NCBI GenBank assembly: GCA_032718475.1 | Contig: JAUCBJ010006293.1 | Coordinates: forward strand, 1 to 34,035 | DNA from: Nemertoderma westbladi | Taxonomy: Eukaryota; Animalia; Xenacoelomorpha | Reading direction: 5' to 3' | DNA length: 34,035 nt | Part shown: positions 23,571 to 34,035 of the stretch, piece by piece | Numbering within the stretch: position 1 is the stretch's first letter | Layout of the letters: every line of letters begins with the position of its first letter | Translations under genes and position numbers: made by a program | Notes under the pieces: model-generated | Seen by the model: the letters and a program-made list of their open reading frames with translations, nothing else | What the model was told of the DNA's origin: nothing | Databases searched by the model: none

Positions 23571-24052
23571 GTTCGTTTATCCTATTGTCTTATTATTGCT
23601 ATCGTGTACATATATGTAATATTGGATATTATGGATGGAAATGGACAGGACATACTATACGCACTAACTTTGCTGCAACAGTCTGTTAGCAACCTGCTGA
23701 GGGCAGGTTCAACGGTGACGTAGTTCCGCATTTTGTAAACTCTAAAACAAAAAACCTATAAAATATTATTTATTTAAGTCGCATTATCAGCTCAACTCCT
23801 ATTTATTGAGTAGGACTACCGTTCGCATATGACCATTGTTTATTGTCTCCATTTCATATATTTACAATTTTAATTTTTTATATTTTTCACGCTTTTTTAA
23901 ATATAAAATTATAAATAAGGTTCTTATAGATTCCCTAGATAAGGTTCTTATATATGGGGCATTCCTCGCATAATGTAAAGTTACTAATATTTTTTATAAT
24001 TGAAAAAATGCACAAATCCAATGAATCCTTGATGAGTTTTTTACTATTTCAG

Positions 24053-24231
24053 ATGGATGGCCAAGCCCACGATACTGGAAGGAAATTGCATGGATGGGTT
24101 GGAGTATTTGGTGCCGTTGGATTCCATTAAGGTAGAACAAACCGTGGAATCTCGAGCATTATGTTGTGTTTCTGAAAACACCTACAGAATTCGCAATAGT
24201 GCTGGAGAACTTATATACTGGGCGACAGAAG
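24053..24231 (+). CDS. PLSCR: Phospholipid scramblase exon 2 (not in the ORF track)
   Basis: Acceptor ttactatttcag| and donor GAAG|GTTAGT. WMAKPTILEGNCMDGLEYLVPLDSIKVEQTVESRALCCVSENTYRIRNSAGELIYWATE matches PLSCR WM..P....NCP.GLEYL..ID.I...Q..E.......N.Y.I.N..GQ.VYFA.E. Confidence 0.92.
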
Positions 24232-24374
24232 GTTAGTTACTAATGGGGAACTGGACAGAAACCGATGATGTCGCTGCCATAAAAAAAAGGAATGTTATTG
24301 AAGGTAAGGCGAATGGCCTATTATAGTAATAGTAGGTCATGTAACAAGGTAGTTCCGAACATGGTGCAACGAGG

Positions 24375-27300
24375 ATAGTGGTACCCATAGCACAATAGTG
24401 GAGTCCATGTAACGATATTGGTGCCCATAGCACGATAAGTGGAGTCCATGTAACGATAGTGGTGCCCTGCCCATAGCACAATAGTGGAGCTCATGTAACG
24501 ATAGTGGTGCCCATAGCACAATAGTGGAGCTCATGTAACGATAGTGGTGCCCTGCCAATAGCACAATAGTGGAGCTCATGTAACGATAGTGGTGCCCATA
24601 GCACAATAGTGTAGCTCATGTAACGATAGTGGTGCTCATAGCACAATAGTGTAGCTCATGTAACGATAGTGGTACCCATAGCACAATGAGTGGAGTCCAT
24701 GTAACGATAGTGGTGCCCTGCCCATAGCACAATAGTGGAGCTCATTTAATGTTAGTGGTGCTGGTGCCCATAGCACAATAGTGGAGCCCATGTAACGATA
24801 GTGGGGCCCTGCACATAGCACAATATTGAAGCCCATGTAACGATAGTGGTGCCCATAGCACAATAGTAGAGCTTATCTAACGTTTAGTGGTGCCCAAGGC
24901 ACAATAGTGGAGCCCATGTAACGATAGTGGTGCCCTACCCAGCCCATAGCACAATAGTGGAGCTCATGTAACGTTAGTGGTTCCCATAGCACAATAGTGG
25001 AGCCCATGTAACGATAGTGGTACTCATTGCACAATAGTGGAGCTCATGTAACGTTAGTGATGCCCATTGCACAATAGTGGAGCTCATGTAACGTTAGTGG
25101 TGCTGGTGCCCGTGGTACAATAGTAGTGCTCATTTAACGATAGTGGTGCCCATTGCACAATAGTGGAGCTCATGTAACGTTAGTGGTGCTGGTGCCCATG
25201 GTACAATAGTAGTGCTCATTTAACGATAGTGGTGCCCATTGCACAATAGTGGAGCTCATGTAACGTTAGTGGTGCCCATTGCACAATAGTGGAGCTCATG
25301 TAACGTTAGTGGTGCCCATTGCATAATAGTGGAGCTCATGTAACGTTAGTGGTGCTGGTGCCCATGGTACAATAGTAGAGCTCATTTAACGATAGTGGTG
25401 CCCATTGCACAATATTGGAGCTCATGTAATGCTAGTGGTGCAGGTGCCCGTGGTACAATAGTAGTGATCATTTAACGATAGTGGTGCCCATTGCACAATA
25501 GTGGAGCTCATGTAACGTTAGTTGTACCCATAGCACAATAGTGGAGCCCATGTAACGATAGTGGTGCCCTGCCCATAGCACAATAGTGGATCATGTAACG
25601 TTAGTGGTGCCCATAGCACAATAGTAGAGCTCATCTAACGTTTAGTTGTGCCCAAGGCACAATAGTGGAGCCCATGTAATGATAGTGGTGCCCTGCCCAG
25701 CCCATAACACAATAGTGGAGCTCATGTAACGTTAGTGGTGCCCATAGCACAATAGTGGAGCCCATGTAACGATAGTGGTACTCATTGCACAATAGTGGAG
25801 CTCATGTAACGTTAGTGGTGCCCATTGCACAATAGTGGAGCTCATGTAACGTTAGTGGTGCCCATTGCATAATAGTGGAGCTCATGTAACGTTAGTGGTG
25901 CTGGTGCCCATGGTACAATAGTAGAGCTCATTTAACGATAGTGGTGCCCATAGCACAATAGTGGAGCTCATGTAACGTTAGTGGTGTCCATTGCACAATA
26001 GTGGAGCTCGTGTAACGTTAGTGGTGCTCATTGCACAATAGTGGAGCTCATGTAACGATAGTGGTGCCCATAGCACAATAGTGGAGCTCATGTATTGCTA
26101 GTGGTGCAGGTGCCCGTGGTACAATAGTAGTGCTCATTTAACGATAGTGGTGCCCATAGCACAATAGTGGAGCTCATGTAACGTTAGTGGTGTCCATTGC
26201 ACAATAGTGGAGCTCGTGTAACGTTAGTGGTGCTCATTGCACAATAGTGGAGCTCATGTAACGATAGTGGTGCCCATAGCACAATAGTAGAGCTCATGTA
26301 ACGTTAGTGGTGCTGGTGCCCATGGTACAATAGTAGTGCTCATGTAACGATAGTGGTGCCCATTGCACAATAGTGGAGTTCATGTAACATTAGTGGTGCT
26401 GGTGCCCGTGGTACAATAGTAGTGTTCATTTAACGATATTGGTGCCCGTTGTACAATAGTAGTGCTCATTTAACGATAGTGGTGCCCATTGCACAATACT
26501 GGAGCTCATGTAACGTTAGTGGTGCTGGTGCCCGTGGTACAATAGTAGTGTTCATTTAACGATATTGGTGCCCATTGCACAATAGTGGAGCTCATGTAAC
26601 GTTAGTGGTGCCCATGGTACAATAGTAGTGCTCATTTAACGATAGTAGTGCTCATTGCACAATAGTGGAGCTCATGTAACGGTAGTGGTGCCCACTGCAC
26701 AATAGTGGAGCTCATGTAACGTTAGTGGTGCTGGTGCCCATGGTACAATAGTAGAGCTCATTTAACGATAGTGGTGCCCATTGCACAATAGTGGAGCTCA
26801 TGTAACGTTAGTGGTGCAGGTGCCCGTGGTACAATAGTAGTGCTCATTTAACGATAGTGGTGCCCATTGCACAATAGTGGAGCTCATGTAACGTTAGTGG
26901 TGCCCATTGCATAATAGTGGAGCTAATGTAACGTTAGTGGTGCTGGTGCCCATGGTACAATAGTAGTGCTCATTTAACGATAGTGATGCCCATTGCACAA
27001 TAGTGGAGCTCATGTAACGTTAGTGGTGCCCATGGCACAATAGTGGAGCTCATGTAACGTTAGTGGTGCTGGTGCCCGTGGTATAATAGTAGTGCTCATT
27101 TAACGGTAGTGGTGCCCATTGCACAATAGTGGAGCTCATGTAACGTTAGTAGTGCCCATTTCACAATAGTGGAGCTCATGTAACGTTAGTGGTGCCCATT
27201 GCACAATAGTGGAGCTCATGTAACGTTACTGGTGCCCATTGCACAATAGTGGAACTCATGTAACGTTAGTGGTGCCCATGGTACAAAAGCAGAGTTCATT

Positions 27301-29437
27301 TAACGTTAGTGGTGCTGGTGCCCGTGATACAATAGTAGTGTTCATTTAATGATATTGGTGCCCATTGCACAATAGTGGAGCTCATGTAACGTTAGTGGTG
27401 CCCATTGCACAATAGTGGAGCTCATGTAACGTTAGTGGTGCTGGTGCCCATGGTACAATAGTAGTGCTCATGTAACGATAGTGGTGCCCATTGCACAATA
27501 GTGGAGTTCATGTAACGTTAGTGGTGCTGTTGCCCGTGGTACAATAGTAGTGTTCATTTAACGATATTGGTGCCCGTTGTATAATAGTAGTGCTCATTTA
27601 ACGATAGTGGTGCCCATTGCACAATACTGGAGCTCATTTAACGTTAGTGGTGCTGGTGCCCGTGGTACAATATTAGTGTTCATTTAACGATATTGGTGCC
27701 CATTGCACAATAGTGGAGCTCATGTAACGTTAGTGGTGCCCATGGTACAATAGTAGTGCTCATTTAACGATAGTAGTGCTCATTGCACAATAGTGGAGCT
27801 CATGTAACGGTAGTGGTGCCCACTGCACAATAGTGGAGCTCATGTAACGTTAGTGGTGCTGGTGCCCATGGTACAATAGTAGAGCTCATTTAACGATAGT
27901 GGTGCCCATTGCACAATAGTGGAGCTCATGTAACGTTAGTGGTGCAGGTGCCCGTGGTACAATAGTAGTGCTCATTTAACGATAGTGGTGCCCATTGCAC
28001 AATAGTGGAGCTCATGTAACGTTAGTGGTGCCCATTGCACAATAGTGGAGCTCATGTAACGTTAGTGGTGCTGGTGCCCATGGTACAATAGTAGTGCTCA
28101 TTTAACGATAGTGGTGCCCATTGCACAATAGTGGAGCTCGTGTAACGTTAGTGGTGCCCATGGCACAATAGTGGAGCTCATGTAACGTTAGTGGTGCTGG
28201 TGCCCGTGGTATAATAGTAGTGCTCATTTAACGGTAGTGGTGCCCATTGCACAATAGTGGAGCTCATATAACGTTAGTGGTGCCCATTGCACAATAGTGG
28301 AGCTCATGTAACGTTAGTGGTGCCCATTGCACAATAGTGGACCTCATGTAACGTTAGTGGTGCCCATGGTACAATAGTAGAGCTCATTTAACGATAGTGG
28401 TGCCCATTGCACAATAGTGGAGCTCATATAACGTTAGTGGTGCAGGTGCCCGCGGTACAATAGTAGTGCTCATTTAACGATAGTGGTGCCCATTGCACAA
28501 TAGTGGAGCTCATGTAACGTTAGTGGTGCTGGTGCCCGTGGTACAATAGTAGTGCTTATTTAACGATAGTGGTGCCCATTGCACAATAGTGGAGCTCATG
28601 TAACGTTAGTGGTGCTGGTGCCCATGGTACAATAGTAGTGCTCATTTAACGATAGTGGTGCCCATTGCACAATAGTGGAGTTCATGTAACGTTAGTGGTG
28701 CTGGTGCCCATGGTACAATAGTAGTGCTCAGTTAACTATAGTGGTGCCCAGGGCGCAATAGTAGAGCTCATGTAACGTTAGTGGTGCTGGTGCCCATGGT
28801 ACAATAGTAGTGCTCATTTAACGATAGTGGTGCCCATTGCACAATAGTGGAGTTCATGTAACGTTAGTGGTGCTGGTGCCCATGGTACAATAGTAGTGCT
28901 CAGTTAACTATAGTGGTGCCCAGGGCGCAATAGTAGAGCTCATGTAACGTTACTGGTGCCCATTGCACAATAGTGGAACTCATGTAACGTTAGTGGTGCC
29001 CATGGTACAAAAGCAGAGTTCATTTAACGTTAGTGGTGCTGGTGCCCGAGGTACAATAGTAGTGTTCATTTAACGATATAGGTGCCCATTGCACAATAGT
29101 GGAGCTCATGTAACGTTAGTGGTGCCCATTGCACAATAGTGGAGCTCATGTAACGTTAGTGGTGCTGGTGCCCGTGGTACAATAGTAGTGTTCATTTAAC
29201 GATATTGGTGCCCATTGCACAATAGTGTAGCTCATGTAACGTTAGTGGTGCCCTGCCCATTGCACAATAGTGGAGCCCATGTAACGTTAGTGGTGCTGGT
29301 GCCCATGGTACAATAGTAGTGCTCAGTTAACTATAGTGGTGCCCATGGCGCAATAGTAGAGCTCATGTAACGTTACTGGTGCCCATTGCACAATAGTGGA
29401 GGCTGGTGCCCATAGCACAAAAGTGGAGCTCATGTAA
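24375..29437. repeat. ~5 kb minisatellite, 40 bp core unit with 45/46 bp variants, filling scramblase intron 2
   Basis: Consensus ATAGTGGTGCCCATWGCACA-ATAGTGGAGCTCATGTAACG, with insertion variants CCCTG and GGTGCT. Confidence 0.98.
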
Positions 29438-29773
29438 TGTTGTTTTTATTTTAGAAACTAATCTATGTGTACGTTGTTGTCTTTATTTTAGAAACTAATC
29501 TATGTGTACGTTGTTGTCTTTATTTTAGAAACTAATCTATGTGTACGTTGTTGTCTTTATTTTAGAAACTAATCTATGTGTACGCTGTTGTCTTTATTTT
29601 AGAAACTAATCTATGTGTACGTTGTTGTCTTTATTTTAGAAACTAATCTATGTGTACGTTGTTGTCTTTATTTTAGAAACTAATCTATGTGTACGTTGTT
29701 GTCTTTATTTTAGAAACTAATCTATGTGTACGTTGTTGTCTTTATTTTAGAAACTAATCTATGTGTACGTTGT
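29438..29773 (+). repeat. 37 bp tandem array (9 acceptors) made of the scramblase 3' splice site plus exon start
   Basis: Unit TTGTCTTTATTTTAG|AAACTAATCTATGTGTACGTTG. The AGs end at 29454, 29491, 29528, 29565, 29602, 29639, 29676, 29713 and 29750. Confidence 0.97.
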
Positions 29774-29943
29774 ATCTGCGGTCCTGCGAGGTCCTTTATA
29801 ATGGATATTTCCGGCGAAGATGGCCGTAACATAATGCATCTTCTCCGCCCAGTCCGCTGCGATCTGCTCTGCTTTCCCTGTTTCAATATGACGATGCAAA
29901 TCCAGACTCCGTCCGGAAACATCATTGGCTATGTTAACCAAAT
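29751..29943 (+). CDS. PLSCR: Phospholipid scramblase exon 3
   Basis: ETNLCVRCICGPARSFIMDISGEDGRNIMHLLRPVRCDLLCFPCFNMTMQIQTPSGNIIGYVNQ matches PLSCR [57 protein letters not shown].Q. Phase 1 in (matches exon 2); donor AAT|GTAAGT, phase 2. Confidence 0.93.
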
Positions 29944-30170
29944 GTAAGTTCCTATTCTACTAATCGTATCATAATTGTGTATTGCAATTGCCAGAAAACG
30001 CTATAAATGTGACAGCTGTGAGTTATAGACTAAATAATAATGGACATTACAAATAACAATAAAAGTTGACATTCATCAAATGGCTGTTACAAATTACTAT
30101 ATAAATTGTATTTACTTCTTTGCTTTATGTATTATATGTATTACAATTAAGTTTTCATTCTAAAGTGGAC

Positions 30171-30308
30171 GGGGGGGGGGGGGGGTATTCTTATTTTTTC
30201 CATTTCTGAACAAAACCATAATATTAGGGGTAGGGTGGGGGGGGGGGGGGGGGGGGGGGGGGCAGGTGTATTCTATTTTTTCCATTTCTGAACAAAACCA
30301 TAATATTA
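30171..30308. repeat. Local duplication of ~42 bp, each copy preceded by a poly-G tract
   Basis: GTATTC(T)TATTTTTTCCATTTCTGAACAAAACCATAATATTA at 30185-30226 and 30268-30308. Confidence 0.85.
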
Positions 30309-30851
30309 CATCTTTAATTACAGTTGCATAACAGCTCAACTCCAATTCATTTATTCTATGTTTAGCTTACTGTAGTAGTATTGTACTGAATATGATCAAT
30401 ATTAATATTGTAACTATGTATGTATCCTATTGACGACATTGTGTCCCTGTCATATCTTAGTTATCTTTCCTTGTGAAATATGATACAAAAATGTGCGAGA
30501 AACTGGCAGGAATGAACTGTCTAAGTCAACATTTCCGAGGTTCTGTAAACGACCTTTTGGACTTAGAGAGATAAAGAGGGATTGTGGTAATAGGTTGTGT
30601 GCTTTCCTAGTAACTTAATGCAATGGATAAGGATTGCATTTAATAAATACTGTCTCTGATTATGCTAAAACACACGACGTCCATCATACTTTGACCCGCG
30701 TCACTATAATTATTGAAGTAAACATTATTCTTACCTGTTTATTTTCCATATTTTTTTGCATTATTGTTCGTCTAATCTGCAGTCGTAATTTAATAAATTC
30801 TACTAAAATTTTTTCCAATAAAATTTATTATCTATAAAAAAAACCTTCGGG

Positions 30852-32522
30852 ATGGAAGACCAAAAGGAAGCTAAAACGAAGGCTCTGCAGGCTGCTGAAG
30901 ATTCTTTAGCTGATGATGCAGTTTGGAAAACCATACAGAAAAACACATTTACTAGATGGTGCAACGAACATTTGAAGAAAACACCTAGATCCGTGGATGA
31001 TTTAGATAAAGACCTCGGGGATGGTCTCGTACTTATTTCGTTGCTAGAGGCGTTGTCAGGGGAGAAGTTCCCCAAGTATCACAAGAAACCGGGATTCCAA
31101 CAGATGAAGTTGGAGAACATATCAACTGTGTTGCGGTTCCTTATCGATCATGAGCATCTCAAGTTGGTGAACATCGGCACTATGGACATCGCGAACGGGA
31201 AATCTAAGTTGATATTGGGCCTCATATGGACGCTCATTCTGCATTACTCTGTGTCGAATTGGACCGCTAAAGATGAGGACGGGTCGAGCCCAATCGATAA
31301 CGACAGTTCGTTGACCCCGAAGCAGCGATTACTTCGGTGGATTCAGGATAAAGTCGCCCCTAAGAAGATCGACAACCTCACCACCGATTGGAACGATGGA
31401 CGCTCGATAGGGGCCTTAGTCGACGCCGTCGCCCCCGGCCTGTGTCCGGACTGGGAGCTGTGGGACCCCGAGGACGATTTGAGAAACGCCAAGGAAGCGA
31501 TGCAACTCGCGGAGGATTGGTTAAATGTCCCGCAACTATTGAGGCCCGAGGATATGACGAACCCGAATGTGGATGATCTCTCGATGATGACCTATCTCAG
31601 TCAGTATCCTAAGTGCAGTGTGAAGGAAGGCGCGCCAATCAGACCTCCCAAGTCTAAAGATTTAAAGATATACGGACCAGGATTAGACGAAGAAGAAATA
31701 GAATTGGGCAAACCCGTGAAGTTTACCGTTGAAGCGCCTATCAATCATGATGAGGATATATCAGTTGACATCGTTGACGGCAATGGGGATGATATTGAGG
31801 TCGAAACTCTAATAGAAAGTAGTAAAGATAAAAAGAAGGTCAACTTTTCTTATGTACCGGAAGAGCCAGGGATTTACTCCGTGAGAGTTCGTGATGGTGA
31901 TAATGAGGTGAAACAGAGTCCGTATTGTGTCGACCTGTCGAATCATAAGAAAAATATTATCGCCGAGGAACCAATTATTGCACCATCTCAGGTAAATCGC
32001 AATCAATTTGCGGATATTGGAGATCTTCTAAAAGATCCTGACATGGTTTACGCATCGGATCTAAATATGGAGAAAGAAGATGATGAATTCAATGTGATAA
32101 CAAAGTTTAATATTCTGCCAGATGAGGACAACGTCTATCAACTGGAACATGTTGAAACTATTAAACCTGATATCCAACAAACCACATTTTTCTTTCCTTG
32201 CGAACCAGATGACAATGATTCGGAGGCGGTGGAATGCATAGGAGACTCTGTTAGCGAAGGTGTCGTGGGTCGGAACACATTCTCTGTGGACGCCAGTCGA
32301 GCCGCTTACCATCGGCCGCTCATCGTAGGTGTGAAGGGCGCGAATTCGCCGTGCGAAGAGTTGAGAGTGAAACACACCGGAGGAAATATATATAGAGCGT
32401 CGACTACGACGTAACAGAAAGCGGGAAGTATTGCCTCATAGTCAAGTGGGGGAAAACAGCATGTCAGAGGGAGTCCGTTTAAGATAAGAGTTCGCGATAC
32501 AAGAACCACGGGATTATTTTAG
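30852..32522 (+). CDS. Short intronless filamin-like protein: CH1-CH2 actin-binding domain, one Ig repeat, acidic linker and terminal Ig repeat disrupted by two frameshifts (ORF as read ends at 32414)
   Basis: LADDAVWKTIQKNTFTRWCNEHLK, KLILGLIWTLILHYS, TPKQRLLRWIQDK, TDWNDGRSIGALVDAVAPGLCPDW and VDDLSMMTYLSQYP match the filamin ABD. YGPGL..FTVE..SYVPEEPGIYSV..SPY is an Ig repeat. FSVDASRA..VGVKGANSPCEELRVKHTGGNIY plus the frameshifted SVDYDVTESGKYCLIVKWG-KQHVRGSPFKIRV resembles the last filamin repeat. Confidence 0.9.
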
Positions 32523-33184
32523 GTACTACAGCAAAGTTAAACAATATAGCCTGCTGTTTATCATTGAATATGCTTTAAAACGCTACGTATACGAATATTA
32601 TAGAAGTTTCAGTCTCTGTCATAGTAGGTGATAATTAAGAAGCACCACTATAAATGAATTTAGTGAAACTTATGAAATTATATTGATAAATAAATAGTTT
32701 CATTTTGAAGTTTGTTTTTAAATAAATAATTTTATACCAAATAGTATGAGGTGGCATTTGTCTCATTTATATTAGGTTTGTCTCTAATTATATTTGTGTA
32801 TAAGTAGCCTAAACTTTATAAAATGTACTAACTAACATAAAAATCAATGCTTCAAAATCGAATTACTTATTTAATTAAGTTCCAATGTGATATCGAAATT
32901 GATTTGTTTTGGATTAAAATGCTGTTAGAATACTCTAAGTGTTGCCTTCGCGCAGCACGTGACATAAAGTGTCTTAAGTTAAGTGTCAACTAGAAATAAT
33001 TATAAGTAAATTCAGAAGTTTCCAAATCACTTTTAACACCGATGTCACAGATTTGATCACAGATGCAGACAGGGTAACTGCAGCCGATTTATAACCTCCA
33101 AAAACTCTGCCCAAAGTCTGAGGTCTAGAATATATGTGCCAGGTATTAATCAGGAAGAAATAATTATTAACAACAACACGAAAG

Positions 33185-33725
33185 GGCTGAAGGTTTTCAT
33201 TTCGGGTATTTCTAAAATGTTTTAATTTCAGCCCACTAGCGGTAGACTGGAGAACTGCAGATGGATTAGCGTCCCCACAAAAACGCAACCGATGGATGGT
33301 CTACGTAGCGAGGATGTAATCTGCCAAGTTCCAGTTTGAAATGATCACAAATAACGAAATGATAGAAGGTTTTTCACTTTCAGATATTTCGACCTCTAAA
33401 ACGGCAAATTGTAGACGTAGATGGTGAACCTTCCCACAAAGAAAGCAACCAGTTTTCTAGTAGTCGACTAATAAATACAGTATCTACCAAGTTTCATCTT
33501 AAACGGATTGTAAAATCCAGGTATACTGTCGAAGGTTTTCACTTTCGGACATTTCTCCCTCTACCGCAGACTGGAGAACTGCGGATCTATCACCTTCTTA
33601 TCAAAGACGCAATATGTTGTATAGTACATAAATGCCAAGATCCAACTTAAATTATTACCGACCCCACAAAGACACAGGATGTGTTCTAACACATTTCTGA
33701 CAAGTTTCAGCATGAACGGATTAAA
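33185..33725. repeat. Degenerate tandem repeat, period ~170 bp, about 3 copies
   Basis: GAAGGTTTTCA(C)TTTCGG/AG recurs at ~33189, ~33365 and ~33531; AGACTGGAGAACTGC at ~33244 and ~33568; CCCACAAA at ~33274, ~33433 and ~33664; CAAGTTTCA/CAAGTTCCA at ~33325, ~33488 and ~33701. Confidence 0.65.
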
Positions 33726-34035
33726 ATCAGAGAAATGGGAGGACCAGGATATTTAATGTTTAGACATGTAGGGTAGCCCTCTAGCGGGAGCTGTTTTGGG
33801 GTGTGTGAAAGTCTCTAAAAAATTGTTGTTTTATTGATGCCCACAAATTTTTCAACTCGACAGCTTTAAATCCGACAACGTTATTAGCATGTCAAAATGG
33901 TAAAGCAACGACAATGACAACTACTTGCCATTATTGAGCCGCCCCTAAGAGTGTCAGTTCGCTAAGGCTCCGCCAAGTTCGTGGCTCGCCGTAAAACATT
34001 TGTAGACGTAATATACATATTTTAGTCTTTCTGCA

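Noticed and set aside
23915-23951. 14 bp direct repeat ATAAGGTTCTTATA in scramblase intron 1
   Set aside because: A small local duplication with no further structure or evident function.
24233-24863. Minus-strand His/Tyr-rich ORFs
   Set aside because: Translations of the 40 bp minisatellite.
29455-29750. Microexon or intron-gain model using GTACGT or GTGTAC within the 37 bp units as donors
   Set aside because: The resulting 14 nt microexon shifts the frame and the 12 nt one creates TAA, so neither is productive.
29943-30852. Scramblase-filamin chimeric splice
   Set aside because: The nearest good acceptor (TCTGCAG ~30782) is followed by stop codons before the filamin ATG.
32378-32414. Programmed -1 ribosomal frameshift in the filamin-like gene
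   Set aside because: No X XXY YYZ slippery heptamer in frame, and a second independent shift would be needed ~60 nt later.

Overview
AT-rich animal (probably invertebrate) genomic DNA with spliceosomal introns. Four genes are recognisable. (1) The 5' exons of a vesicular glutamate transporter (SLC17A6/7/8-like) lie on the minus strand at ~7.2-8.5 kb; the gene continues off the left edge. (2) An Lmx1-class LIM-homeobox gene with an intronless CDS lies on the minus strand at 14522-15577. (3) Three exons of a phospholipid scramblase lie on the plus strand at 23443-29943; the gene probably continues off the right edge. (4) An intronless 'mini-filamin' (CH-CH + first Ig-like repeat + acidic linker + C-terminal Ig repeat, with two compensating frameshifts at the end) appears to be nested in the scramblase intron. 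The most striking signal is that two independent tandem arrays are built from exon-intron junctions. The >7.2 kb 31-33 bp minisatellite is an amplified VGLUT exon end plus GTAAGT donor (five intact in-frame donors, then many copies with the donor mutated). A 9-copy 37 bp array is an amplified scramblase acceptor plus exon start. Also present: a 5 kb 40 bp minisatellite, a MULE-like MITE, a tRNA-like element flanked by 11 bp inverted repeats, and several poly-G/C tracts. Nearly all ORFs in 1-7.2 kb and 24.2-24.9 kb are repeat artefacts. Protein identities come from recalled family motifs, not database searches.
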